From the NCBI GenBank assembly GCA_903813345.2, contig CAIIXF020000001.1:3410001-3474000 (forward strand): DNA of 64,000 nucleotides, given 5' to 3'. The DNA is from Owenia fusiformis (lineage: Eukaryota). Under the pieces are notes generated by a model. The model searched no databases, was not told where the DNA came from, and worked only from the letters and a program-made list of their open reading frames with translations. Positions 1-13,600 of the stretch are shown here, piece after piece (the stretch's first letter is position 1; each line of letters starts with the position of its first letter). The position numbers and the translations under genes are program-made.

Positions 1-32
1 TAACATAAAATACATGTAAATGTAATCCTTAC

Positions 33-679
33 GTTTGGTAGGATCTAAAGAATTAACCAAAGCATCTGGACACGTGGTGTTAATGAATTCTGAAATAAAA
101 ATACTAAATTATTTTAATACAAGAATCAAAGCACATTTTAAAAATTATTTTTAGTTTTAACTATTCCAGAGCTGTAGAGTGGTAAATAATTATATTTATG
201 ATCTGAGTTTCACTACGTTAACTTACCACCAGCCGCATAACATGCTGCATCATTTTGACATTCAGGTCTTACATTGTAATCCCAGTCACAAATCAACTCT
301 TCCTGGTTCCATACAAGAGGTTCTGGACACACTTTTAATGTGGCAATGTTGAGAAATGCATCACAAACATAATACGAACAGCATGTTGGTCCTACTAGGT
401 AGCCACAAGAATCGCATAGAGCTGTAACATATCATTTTTGTGGTATTTACAATTTACAACAGTATATAAAATATACCAATTTATTATTCTTTCCAATTGA
501 AAGAACAAATTGAAACATGTTCTATGAGCATGTAGAGCATACTCCTTTTTGAAGAATTAATTGTTTTATCATTTTTTATTATCTTATATTAAAGGTATAC
601 CTTTCTGTGAAGCATTTAGTTGGATGGTTACGGATGTTCCACCAACTATCAGGGCAGAAGCCACAAAAAGAAACAACAT
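33..679 (-). CDS. Secreted chitin-binding type-2 (CBM14/peritrophin-A) domain protein, 5' exons only; continues off the left edge
   Basis: Coding exons 679-601, 421-227 and 89-33 have GT-AG boundaries and compatible phase 1 junctions. They give MLFLFVASALIVGGTS (signal-peptide-like)...LCDSCGYLVGPTCCSYYVCDAFLNIATLKVCPEPLVWNQEELICDWDYNVRPEC...EFINTTCPDALVNSLDPTK. YYVC...CPxxLVWN....CDW..NV..C is the CBM14 signature. Missed by the ORF track. Confidence 0.85.
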
Positions 680-2625
680 CACAACCTAGAAAAAATTATA
701 TAGTAAGCATATAGCTTCCTATACCTGTTGCTGTTAAAAACTGGACTAACAGAGACTGAATAAATGTGACGTCAAAAGATAGATGTCACCAAATTTAGAT
801 TTTTAATTTTAATCTCTAGCTCTAAATAATATTGACCAGAAATCATTAAGTCAATGAAAGTAAATGAAGAAAATAGTTTTGGATTCACTATAATGGGACA
901 TTTCACATGAATCCACCTGAAGGTTCCCAGTTTAAAAGAAATATATCTTCTCTACAAACAACCTGCCTCTATTTCTGGCTTGTGTGTTTGTGAAGTAAAC
1001 ATAATCTAAATGTTTTTTTAAATGATAATAATAAAAAATAATTGACACTCCCCATGAAATAAATCGAATTAATTAAAACTGATTACTTACCAAATGTAAG
1101 ATGCGCCAATATCAATGTTGTTTTCTTGTGCTCTCTGTTGGAATGTGTTGCCTTTTGGGGTCAGACAACAAATGCGGCAGTTTCACACTAATCTGTGGAT
1201 TATAACTTAAATATTTGTCAATGATGCGTCATGTTGCCACATCATCATCCCTATCAACACCATCGATTCTGTCTTTCATGTGCCTCAGGGATTGAACATA
1301 AAGTCAATCATTCGTTTACTACTCTTCATTAGATTAACATTTAATACCTTTGTTATTTACTTAAAATATGCATGCAAGCACATACTCGTTACCGCTTAAC
1401 ACCTTAAAATGTAGTTACTATCATTTTAAATAAGACTAAGCTTGATTGAATTCTCTTTAATCATATATTCTTATGTTAAAATAAACTGGATAAAATTTAA
1501 AAATTAAACTTTCTGAAATAGACAAAAATGGAAAATATTATTGTATTGTAGATCAAAGACTTAAAATATGGTTCAATCATGTCATTCCATTTTGGGCATT
1601 ATACAATAGTTAAGGGAGTGGACTCTAGTCTGGGCTATAAAGTGGATAACTTTTCACTCGGAATCTTCATTGAAAATGAGCAATCACTGAAGAAACATTT
1701 GATCATTTCCCAACTTAAACAATTAAATTAATCAAATGACATTTATTGTATTTTCAAAAAGCATTTATAACCTTTTTCATGTTAATCTCAGCTTATACTT
1801 CTGAACATGTTATGTGACTCAAGAAACAAGACAATACAATGTTTAGTATTATACATTGAACTTATTATAACGAGTCTTAACATTTGTTGAGGTATACAGG
1901 TATACAGTATACTATCTTAGTTTTCACATGATGTTCTACAATACAGCATTCTAATTGAGGTGAATTCCTCTCTTCTGAAAGGTGTGGGTGTTTCTGCATA
2001 TATATAAGGAATTTCAATTCCATAGTTACTTTTGTTTCTTTACAAAGCCCCAACCCATTAGGCCTATTCTTCTCATCATGACCCTTTGACATCATTAATT
2101 TGACTGACTGTAACAGGAAACATCAGTTCGAAATTTTGGATATTTATAATATCCACCTTTTTAACATTGGTCAATTTGTGTATAAATGGTACAACTGATT
2201 AACAGTGTTGCCACAACATTTTGGTGTCTTTCCATATAAATGTTGATATTCACAATTATCATACTCGCTATTGTCAGGATTTCCATGCTTTTGGATATAA
2301 CACCAAAGTTGGATTTTTTCTATAAAGATTCATTCACTTGATTTAGATTCTATCAAGTATCACCAAATATATCATTTTGGGTCTCAAATGCATTTAATCA
2401 CAATTTACCATCTCCAGCAGTATTTGTCCGAAGACCATACTTCATTTTGCTGCCACTCCACCTGCTCCTCCCTGATGACTGTTATTTATATGTATTTATT
2501 TATTTGCGCTATTATTATATTCAATTTATAAATCAAACAGTATATACACCTAGATATAGGTTGTTCACTGTAAATGATTTGTATTTTGATTTATTGTTAT
2601 ATGACGGAAATAAGTAATAAATATA

Positions 2626-3975
2626 AACAAGGAAACGAGATCACACCATCAAAAAACTTTCAAAATGGCCGCCAGAAAAAATGGCTGCCCAGAAATTAAT
2701 CAGCTCTAAAACTTGATATCCTCTATCCAGTCGAAATGTTGAGGCATGCGCAGACCTCTATTTAGTGATATTTTCATTTCAAATATGGCGGCCAATCCGA
2801 TGTCTAACGACCCTTACAAAGAATCTAGGCAGTTTGCATTTTTACCTCCTGTGAAATAACAAGTGGAATTTTAGTGGTTGTTTTGTGTTTTCTTATCATT
2901 CTGCATCGTAATTCTATGTGATGTGGTGTTGAAATGTCAGCAGAAATACATATCCATACGATAATCGAGTGAATCAGTTAACAGATTTTTCGAAAACCTG
3001 TCTCGTGCTAAGAGTGTAAAAACTTGTATTAACATGCTCAAAAGTGCCAATGTGCTCATCAATGTCAAGCTAAATCAATGTTGTGTCTAAAACAGGTACC
3101 CGATCTACTCAAAACAGCTTGTCATTCACGTATACACGCTTAGCAAACACGGCGAAATGACCTGAATCTTGGAATTTCGTTCGAGAGCTAGTAATGTTTG
3201 CTCCGGTCTTCGTCATAAGTGTTCATCAGACTTCACGCATGCGCAGGAGAAAAACCATCAACCAATAAGGTCTATAAATCAATTTTGCGCATGCGCCTTA
3301 CAACGGTAAAGAAATTCGTATTTATGAACGAACCAGTTTGAGATAACCCGATATCAGTCGGAGAAATCTGACGATCTACGAAACTCACTTCAAAAAATCA
3401 AATGCGGACTGACGGCGTATTCTACTATGTTTGGATCTAAGATTTTCAGTATAGATAAAGTCTTTTATGATCTTTTTTTTGACGAAAAATTTTAACATGC
3501 GCAGAAGTCCCATTTTCGTTGTACCATATTGACTGTATCATGTGTGCAAATTTGGAGACAATCCAACAAGTGGTTTTCCAAAAATGGCAATGATAAGATA
3601 TATCGGAAAACCTTCAAAATGGCCACCAGAAAACTAGATCGCCGCCAAAAAGTCTATTAGCTCTACAACTTGAAATCCTCTATTATGTGTGCGAATTTGG
3701 AGAAAAATCTGATGAGCGGTTTTCCTAAAATGGCAATGACAAGTTTTTCCGAAAAACCTTCAAATTGGCTGCCAGAAAACAAGATGGACACCCAAAAGTT
3801 GATCAGCTCTAGAACTTGATATCTTCTATCATGTGTGCGAATTTGGAAAATATCCGATGAGCGGTTTTTGTGAAATGGCGATGACAAAATAGCGGGACGA
3901 TCACGATCACAATCAAGATCATGACCATGATCACAACGACTATGATGACTATATCCCACCGATGGTGTGACAAAA
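2626..3975. mobile_element. Helentron-like non-autonomous element (HINE), family C, copy 1
   Basis: Begins AACAAG...GAGATCACACCATC. Ends with an (ACGATC)n-like microsatellite then GATGGTGTG, the inverted copy of CACACCATC. Internal ~120-bp tandem units. Second copy at 60242-61735. Confidence 0.7.
2728..3535. mobile_element. Non-autonomous TIR DNA transposon inserted in HINE-C copy 1 (CAG...CTG termini, 4-bp TSD; possibly Academ-type)
   Basis: Imperfect TIR CAGTCGAAATG / CATATTGACTG with TATC duplicated at 2724-2727 and 3536-3539. Removing it restores the host repeat GATATCCTCTATCATGTGTG. Confidence 0.65.
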
Positions 3976-4149
3976 AGTGTCTTTTAAATGGTATCATGAT
4001 GCCCTATACTGTATTTAACTTATCAAACATATACATCTAAAACAACTAGACTTTGGAAATTGAACGAAGTTCAATTTCAGACTCCAGATCTAGACTCTAA
4101 AATAAGCCGAGTCATCCAGAATAAGCTGAGTCATCCAGAATAAGATGGA

Positions 4150-4330
4150 TGGATAAAATAGGAAGGTAGGATAGGATAGAATGGGAAGGAACGATAGGAT
4201 AGAATAAGAAAGAAGGATAGGATAGAACAGAATAGGAAGAAATGATATGATAAAAGAGGATAGGAAGGAAAGGATACGAAGGAAGGATAGATAGGAAGGA
4301 TAGGATAGGATCAGATAGGAAGGATGGATG
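4150..4330. repeat. Polypurine (AGGAT/GGAAG)n tract within HINE-A (also at ~5530, 7345, 14960, 18625, 19765, 51050, 52195)
   Basis: Directly visible degenerate AGGAT/AGAAT/GGAAG repeats following the left end of several copies. Confidence 0.9.
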
Positions 4331-7131
4331 AATTTTTCAATATTTTCTTCTCTACTCTTGACTTTCTATCAGGATACCATCAGATCGATTTTCCGAAATT
4401 TCAAAACGCCATAACTTCCGAACTGGAAGTCGGATCTAAATTTGATTTAAAGATTCGAATTCCTGACAAAATTCTACCCCTAATTCATAACTCATACGTT
4501 AAATTTGGCGAATTTTTATTTTGACCTACTTTTTGGACACGCCATAACTTCGGAACCGGAAGTCGGATCGAAATTTGGTTTGCAGATTCGGATTTCTGAG
4601 AAAATTCTATTCTTAATTCATAACTCAATCGTTAAATTTGGAGAACTTTTTATTTTGACCTACTTTTCGGACACCATATCTCAAAATTGGGTCAAAATAC
4701 TGTCTGACGGCAAAAGGCTAACGCTATTAGCACACTCTTGGCTACATGTATACACAATTTCGAAGAATATAATTAAAGTGTAGTGTCAGAATCGCAAAAA
4801 TAAGGAAAACCTTTGGATTTGACCTAGATTTTGACCTAGGCATTTTGGTGTCAACTTTTTGAAGCTAGATGGCTTTTGAGGTTCCCTTCTTTTAAAGGCT
4901 TTCATTAAATTAAGCTGATCTCAGTCTACATTTCGTATTTTTCACTTCAAAAAAATCTTTTTTCCCATTGACTTAACATGGGCACCAAATTTAGCGATTT
5001 TTGAACTTTTAAAACGACATAACTTCCGAACCGGAAGTCGGATCGAAATTTGGTTTGCAGATTCAGATTCCTGACAAAATTCTACCCCTAATTCATAACT
5101 CATACCCTGAATTTGGAGAACTTTTGTTTTGACCTACTTTCTGGACGCCATACTTCAAAATCGGTAAGAGTAATTAAAAAAAACAAGGACACTTATAAAA
5201 GGACTTTTTCTAAGCTACATGATGAAAAAACAATGAAGACGTTTCGATAAATAACGACGAAGATAATTGATAGAATGTTGAAAATGTAAGATTTGACCTA
5301 GTTCTTGACCTTTGACCTAGATAAAAAATTGACCCAATTTCCGAGAAACTAGATACTGGACCTAAATTGACCATATACAGGACTTGACTCAATGTCTTCT
5401 AGTTAAGGAGAAAACGTGGGTAGAAGAATAACTAGATTTTGGAAATTGAACGAGTTCAATTTCAGACTCCAGATCTAGACTTTTTTTAGCCGAGTCATTC
5501 AAAATAAGCTATGTCATCCAGCAAAAGATAGATGGATGGGTGAAAAAGGAAGGAAGGATAGGATAGAATAGGAAGGAACGATAGGATAGAATAGGAAAGA
5601 AGGATAGAATAGAACAGGAAGAGGATACGTAGCAAGGGTAGATAGGAAGGATAGGATAGGATCAGAAAGGAAGGATGGATGCATTTTTCAATATTTTCTT
5701 CTCTACTCTTGACTTTCTATCAGGATACCATCAGATCGATTTTTCTCGAAATTCAAAACGCCATAACTTCCGAACAAGAAGTCGGATCGAAATTTGAATT
5801 GCAGATTCGGATTCCTCACAAAATTCTACCCCTAATTCATAACTCATAAGTTAAATTTGGAGAATTTTTTATTTTGACCTACTTTTCGGACACCATATCT
5901 CAAAAGTGGGTCGAAATACTTTCTGACGGCAAAAGGCTAACACTATAGGCACACTCTTTCCTACCTGTATACAAAATTTTGAAGCAAATCATTCAGATAT
6001 AGTGTAAGAATCGCAAAAATAAGGAAAAACTATGAATTTGACCTAGATTTTGACCTAGGGATTTTGGCGTCCAAATTTTGAAGTTAGGTAGCCTTCGAGG
6101 TCCCCTTCTTTCATAGGCTTTCATTATTTTAAGCTGTACTTAGTCTATATCTCGTATTTTACACTTCAAAAAATTCTTTTTTTCCGATTGACATAACATG
6201 GGGCACCAAATTTAGCAATTTTTGAGCTTTCAAAATGTCATAACTTCCGAACCGGAGGTCGGATCGAAATTTGATTTGCAGATTCAGATTCCTGAGAAAA
6301 TTCTATACTTAATTCATAACTCAAACGTTAAATTTGGAGAATTTTTTATTTTGACCTACTTTTCGGATACCATATCTCAAAAGTGGGTCAAAATACTTTC
6401 TGACGGCAAAAGGCTTACACTATTAGCACACTCTTGGCTACATGTATACAAAATTTCGAAGAATATAATTAATCTGTAGTATCAGAATCGCAAAAATAAG
6501 GAAAAACTATGAATTTGACCTAGATTTTGACTTAGGCATTTTGGTGTCCAAATTTTTATGAAAAGAAGGTTTTGAGGTCCCATTCTTTTATGGGCTTCCA
6601 TTATGTTTAGCTGTGCTTAGTCTATATCTCATATTTTACACTTCAAAAAAATATTTTTTCCCATTGAATTAACATGGGGCACCAAATTTAGCGATTTTTG
6701 AATTTTCAAAACGCCATAACTTCTGAACTGGAAGTCAGATTGAAATTTGGTTTTCAGATTCGGAATCCTGAGAACATTTCCTATAAGACTGATATCCTGG
6801 ACATTGGATTCGGAGAACTTTTTTTTGGACCTCGTTTTCGGACACTGATATCTCGAAATCAGTTTGAGATACCAAAAAACTAAATCGACCCTAGATTTTC
6901 TACTTTTTTATAAGGAACACAATGAAAAAAAAACGGATCAAAAATATTGAAGGACAACCGAGAAAATCGAAAAAAGTGACAAAGTACTGGATTTGACCTA
7001 GTTCTTGACCTTTGACCTAGATAAAAATTTGACCCAATTTCCGAGGAACTAGATACTGAACCTAAATTGACCAAATGATTGACTTTACTGAAGAACTTAT
7101 GGTTATTGAGAAAACTGGGATAGAAAAAGAA

Positions 7132-7132
<1 letters not shown>

Positions 7133-7162
<30 letters not shown>

Positions 7163-7180
7163 AAGAAGAAGAAGAAGAAG
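7133..7180. repeat. (AAG)n microsatellite adjacent to a HINE-A terminal hairpin
   Basis: Perfect AAG run just before the 7198-7224 hairpin; it accounts for the poly-Phe ORF in the track. Confidence 0.95.
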
Positions 7181-10100
7181 AAAACTGACGAAAACAATAG
7201 ACTCCAGATTTCATCTGGAGTCTAATAACTAGACTTTAGAAATTGAACGAAGTTCAATTTCAGACTCCAGATCTAGACTTTTTTTTAAGCCCAGTCATCT
7301 AAAATAAGCCGAGTCATCCAGAATAAGCTGAGTCATCCAGAATAAGATGGATGGATAAAATAGGAAGGTAGGATAGGATAGAATGGGAAGGAACGATAGG
7401 ATAGAATAAGAAAGGATAGGATAGAACAGAATAAGAAGAAAGGATATGATAGAAGAGGATAGGAAGGAAAGGATACGAAGGAAGGATAGATAGGAAGGAT
7501 AGGATAGGATCAGATAGGAAGGATGGATGAATTTTTCAATATTTTCTTCTCTACTCTTGACTTTCTATCAGGATACCATCAGATCGATTTTCCGAAATTT
7601 CAAAACGCCATAACTTGCGAACCGGAAGTCGGATCTAAATTTGATTTAAAGATTCGGATTCCTGACAAAATTCTACCCCTAATTCATAACTCAAACGTTA
7701 AATTTGGCGAATTTTTATTTTGACCTACTTTTTGGACACGCCATAACTTCCGAACCGGAAGTCCGATCGAAATTTGGTTTGCAGATTCGGATTTCTGAGA
7801 AAATTCTATTCTTAATTCATAACTCAAACGTTAAATTTGGAGAACTTTTTATTTTGACCTACTTTTCGGACACCATATCTCAAAAGTGGGTCAAAATACT
7901 TTCTGACGGCAAAAGGCTAACGCTATTAGCACACTCTTGGCTACTTGTATACACAATTTCGAAGAATATAATTGAAGTGTAGTGTTAGAATCGCAAAAAT
8001 AAGAAATAACTTAGAATTTGACCTAGATTTTGACCTAGGCATTTTGGTGTCCAAATTTTGAAGCTATGTGGCTTTTGAGGTCCCCTTCTTTTAAAGGCTT
8101 TGATTATATGAAGCTGAACTCAGTCTATATTTCGCATTTTTCATTTCAAAAAAATCTTTTTTCCCATTGACTTAACATGGGCACCAAATTTAGTGATTTT
8201 TGAGTTTTCAAAACGCCATAACTTCCGAAATTTGGTTTGCAGATTCGGATTCCTGACATAATTCCACCTAATTCATAACTCATACATTGAATTTGGAGCA
8301 CGTTTTGGTGTGACCTACATTCTGGACGCCATATCTCAAAATCGGTAAGAGTAATCAAAAAACGATTTGCCTTACGGAATTAGCTTTGTTTCCAAGGAAC
8401 ATAATGAAAAAAAGACCGAGAAAAAATATTGAAGAACGACTGAGAAAATTGGTAAAATGATGAAAATACAAGATTTGACCTAGTTCTTGACCTTTGACCT
8501 GGACAAAAAATTGACCAAGTTTCCGAGAAACTAGATACTGGACCTAAATTGACTGTATACAGGACTCGACTCAATGTCTTCTAGTTATTGAGAAAACGTG
8601 TAGAGAAAAATAATAACTAGACATGTAAATTGAACAAGTTCAATTTAAGACTCCAGATTTCAAACTTTGTTTAAGCTGAGTCATCCAGAACTTGTAAGCT
8701 GAGTCATTCAGAATAAGCTGAGTCAGCTAGAATATAGACATTTAGACAACTTTTAAGAAGGCTATCTTCGACTCTATTGGCTTACATGGGGATATCATCA
8801 TATCGACTTTTCGAGACTTCAAACCGCTATAACTATCTAACCAGAAGTTAGATCGAAATTTGGTTTAAAGATTCTGATTCCTGAGAAAATTCTTCCCTTA
8901 ATTCATAACTCATACGTTAAATTTGCAGAATTTTTTATTTTGACCTACATTTCGGACTCCATATCTCAAAAGTGGGTCGAAAAACTTTCTGACGGCAGAA
9001 AGCTAACACTATAAGCACACTCTTTACTACCTGTATACAAAATTTTGAAGCAAATCCTTAAAGTGTAATGTCAGAATCGCAAAAATAAGGAAAAACTATG
9101 AATTTGACCTAGATTTTGACCAAGGCATTTTTGCGTCCAAATTTTAAAGCTAGATAGCCTTCGAGGTCCCCTCCTTTTATAGGCTTTCAGAATATTAAGC
9201 TGTACTCAGTCTATATCTGGTATTTTACACTTCAAAAAATCCTTTTTCTCATTGACATAACATGGGGCACCAAATTTAGCGATTTTTGAGCTTTCAAAAC
9301 GCCATAACTTTCGAACGGGAAGTCGGATCGAAATTTGGTTTGCAGATTCGGATTCCTGACAAAATTTTACCCCTAATTCATAACTCATACGTTAAATTTG
9401 GAATTTTTTTTATTTTGACCTACTTTTTGGACACGCCATAACTTCTGAACCGGAAGTCTGATCGAAATTTGATTTGCAGATTCGGATTCCTGAGAAGATT
9501 CTACCCTTAATTCATAACTCATACGTTGAATCTAGAGAATTTTTTATTTTGACCTACTTTTCGGACACCATATCTCAAAAGTGGGTCAAAATACTTTCTG
9601 ACGGCAAAAGGCTAACACTATTAGCACACTCTTTGCTAACTGTATACAAAATTTTGAAGTAAATTATTAAAGTGTAGTGTCAGAATCGTAAAAATAAGGA
9701 AAAACTATGAATTTGACCTTGATTTTGACCTAGGCATTTTGGTGTCCAAATTTTGAAGCTATGTAGCTTTTGAGGTCCCCTTCTTTTATAAGCATTCATT
9801 ATGTTAAGCTGTACTCAGTCAATATCCTGTATTTTACACTTCGAAAAAGTCTTTTTTCCCATTGACTTAACATAGGCACCAAATTTAGCGATTTTTGAGC
9901 TTTCAAAACGCCATAACTTCCGAACCGGAAGTCCGATCCAAATTTGGTTTGCAGATTTGGATTCCTGAGAAAATTCTACCTCTTTTTCATAGCTCACACA
10001 TTCGATTTGGAGCATATTTAGGCGTGACCTACATTTCGGACGCCATATCTCAAAATCGGTAAGAGTAATCAAAATTCTGATGTCATATCTTTGATTCGCC

Positions 10101-10417
10101 TTTTTCTAAGCTACACGATGAAAAAAAGATGGAGGAGTTACGAAAAATATTGACGAAGATATGATGAAGAATGTTGAAAATGTAAGATTTGACCTAGTTC
10201 TTGACCTTTGACCTAGATAAAAATTTGACCTAATTTCCCAGAAAGCCGGTTTCAGTTTTTAGTTAACCATGTAAGTTGGATTAAGTAAGCTGTTATAGTT
10301 GACGAGAAATTTGGTGAGGAGGAAGAAAAAAGAAAGAAAAATAATAACTAGATTTGTGAAATTGAACAAGTTCAATTTAAGACTCCAGATTTATTTTACC
10401 TAGATAGATCAGTAAAG

Positions 10418-10625
10418 AGCTGAGTAATTAACTGAGTAATTAGCTGAGTAAGTACCTTAGTAGTAGTTGAGTAAGTAGCTGAGTAAGTAAATGGGTAAAA
10501 AGCTGAGTAGGTAGCTGAGTAAGTAGCTGAGTAAGTACCTGAGTTAGTAGCTGAGTAAGTAGCTAAGTAAGTAATAACTAATTAAGCAATTGAGTAAGTA
10601 GTCAAATAAGTACCTGAGTAGGTAG
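10418..10625. repeat. 12-bp GCTGAGTAAGTA tandem repeat in one HINE-A subfamily (also ~12645-12812, ~48930-49132)
   Basis: Directly visible. It replaces the polypurine tract in the copies starting at 10347, 12573 and 48858. Confidence 0.9.
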
Positions 10626-13600
10626 GGAGGTAAAGTAGGGTATGTAGGAATTTTTGAAAGTTTATTTGATCAATCTGCATCGTGAATACTGGCAAGTGCG
10701 AATTTCAAACTTCAAAATGGCTTAGAATCTTAACCGGGGGTCGGATTGCAATTTTAATTTCAGATCCGGATTCCTTAGGAAATTCTACCCCTAATTCATA
10801 ACTCATACGTTAAATTTGGAGAACTTTTTATTTTGACATACATTTCGATCACCATATCTCAAAAGTGGGTCAAAACACTTCTTGACGGCAACAAGTTAAC
10901 ATTATGAGCACACTCTTTGCTACATGTATACAAAATTTGGAAGAATATCATTGAAGTGTAGTGTCCGAATTGCAACAATAAGAAAAAACTAAGAATTTGA
11001 CCTAGATTTTGAACTAGGTATTTTGGTGTCCAAATTTTGAAGGAAAGTAGCTTTTGAGGTCCCCTTCTTTTATGGGCTTTCATTATGTTTAGCTGTACTC
11101 ATTCTATATCTCGTATTTTTACACTTCAAAAAATTATTCGGTCCCATTGATTTAACATGGGGCACCAAATTTAGCGATTTTTGAGATTTCAAAACGCCAT
11201 AACTTCAGAACAAGAAGTCGGATCGAAATTTGGTTTGCAGATTTGGATTCCTGAGAAAATTTTACCTTAAATTCATAACTCACACATTAAATTGGGATAG
11301 TTTTTATTTTGACCTACTTTTCGGACACCATATCTCAAAAGTGGGTCAAAATACTTTCTGACGGCAAAAGGCTAACACTATGAGCATACTCTTTGCTACC
11401 TGTATACAAAATTTTAAAGCAAATCATTTGAATATAGTGTCAGAATCGCAAAAATAAGGAAAAACTATGAATTTGACCTAGATTTTAACCTAGGGATTTT
11501 GGTGTCCAAATTTTGAAGCTAAGTAGCCTTCGAGGTCCCCTTCTTTAATAGGCTTTCATTATATTAAGCTGTACTCAGTTTATATCTCGTATTTTACACT
11601 TCAAAAAAATCTTTTTTCCCATTGACATAACATGGGGCAGCAAATTTAGCGATTTTTGAGCTTTCAAAACGCCATAACTTCCGAACAGGAGGTCGAATCA
11701 AAATTTGGTTTGCAGATTCAGATTCCTGATAAAATTCTACCCCTAATTCATAACTCATACGTTAAATTTGGAGAATTTTTTAGTTTGACCTACTTTTCGG
11801 ACACCATATCTCAAAAGTGGGTCAAAATACTTTCTGACGGCAAAAGGCTAACACTATTAGCACACTCTTGGCTACATGTATACAAATTTTCGAAGAATAT
11901 AATTAATCTGTAGTGTCAGAATCGCAAAAATAAGGAAAAACTTTGAATTTGACCTAGATTTTGACCTAGGCATTTTGGTGTCCCAATTTTTATGAAAAGA
12001 AGGTCTTGTGGTCCCTTTCTTTTATGGGCTTCCATTATGTTTAGCTGTGCTTAGTCTATATCTCGTATTTTACACTTCAAAAAAATATTTTTTCCCATTG
12101 AATTAACATGGGGCACCAAATTTAGCGATTTTGAATTTTCAAAACGCCATAACTTCTGAACCGGAAGTCAGATTGAAATTTGGTTTTCAGATTCGAAATC
12201 CTGAGAAGATTTACTATAAGACTGATATCCCGGACATTGGATTCGGTGAAATTTTTTTTGGACCTCGTTTTCGGACACTGATATCTCGAAATCGGTTTGA
12301 GATACCAAAAAACTAAATCGACCCTAGGTTTTCTACTTTTTTATGAGGAACACAATGAAAAAAACCAGGATCAAAAATATTGAAGGACGACCGAGATAAT
12401 GGGAAAAAGTGACAAAGTACTGGATTTGACCTAGTTCTTGACCTTTGACCTAGATAAAAATTTGACCTAATTTCCCATCATCCCAGATACATTCCCTAGT
12501 TAATCATGTAAGCAGCTTAAAGTAAGCTCTTCTAGTTGGTGAGAAATCTGGGAAGGAGGAAGAAGAAAAATAACTAGATTTGTGAAATTGAACAAGTTCA
12601 ATTTAAGACTCCAGATTTATTTGACCTAGATAGATCAGTAAAGAGCTGAGTAAGTAACTGAGTAATTAGTTGAGTAAGTACCTTAGTAGTAGTTGAGTAA
12701 GTAGCTGAGTAAGTAACTGGGTAAAAAGCTGAGTTAGTAGCTGAGTAAGTAGCTAAGTTAGTAATAACTAATTAAGCAATTGAGTAAGTAGTCAAATAAG
12801 TAGCTGAGTAGGTAGGGAGGTAAAGTAGGGTATGTAGGACTTTTTGAAAGTTTATTTGATCAATCTGCATCGTGAATACTGGCAAGTTCGAATTTCAAAC
12901 TTCAAAATGGCTTAGAATCTTAACCAGGGGTCGGATTGCAATTTTAATTTCAGATCCGGATTCCTTAGGAAATTATGCCCCTAATTCATAACTCATACGT
13001 TAAATTTGGAGAACTTTTTATTTTGACCTACATTTCGATCACCAGATCTCAAAAGTGGGTCTAAAAACTTCTTGACGGCAAAAAGTTAACATTATAAGCA
13101 CACTCTTTGCTACATGTATACAAAATTTCGAAGAATATCATTGAAGTGTAGTGTCCGAATTGCAAAAATAAGAAAAAACTAAGAATTTGACCTAGATTTT
13201 GAACTAGGTATTTTGGTGTCCAAATTTTGAAGGAAAGTAGCTTTTGAGGTCCCCTTCTTTTATGGGCTTTCATTATGTTTAGCTGTACTCATTCTATATC
13301 TTGTATTTTTACACTTCAAAAAATTATTCGGTCCCATTGATTTAACATGGGGCACCAAATTTAGCAATTTTTGAGCTTTCAAAACATCATAACTTCTGAA
13401 CAAGATGTCGAATCGAAATTTGGTTTGCAGATTCGGATTCCTGACAAAATTCTACCCCTAATTCATAACTCATACGTTAAATTTAGAATTTTTTTTATTT
13501 TGACCTACTTTTTGGACACGCCACAACTTCCGAACCGGAAGTCGGATCGCAATATGGTTTGCAGATTCCGATTCCTGACAAAATTCTACCCCTGATTCAT

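Noticed and set aside
1877-2480. 72-aa minus ORF preceded by a plausible acceptor, with further Cys/His-containing fragments upstream
   Set aside because: No recognisable domain, neighbouring frames contain stops, and no partner exons were found. It could be a decayed gene but cannot be supported.
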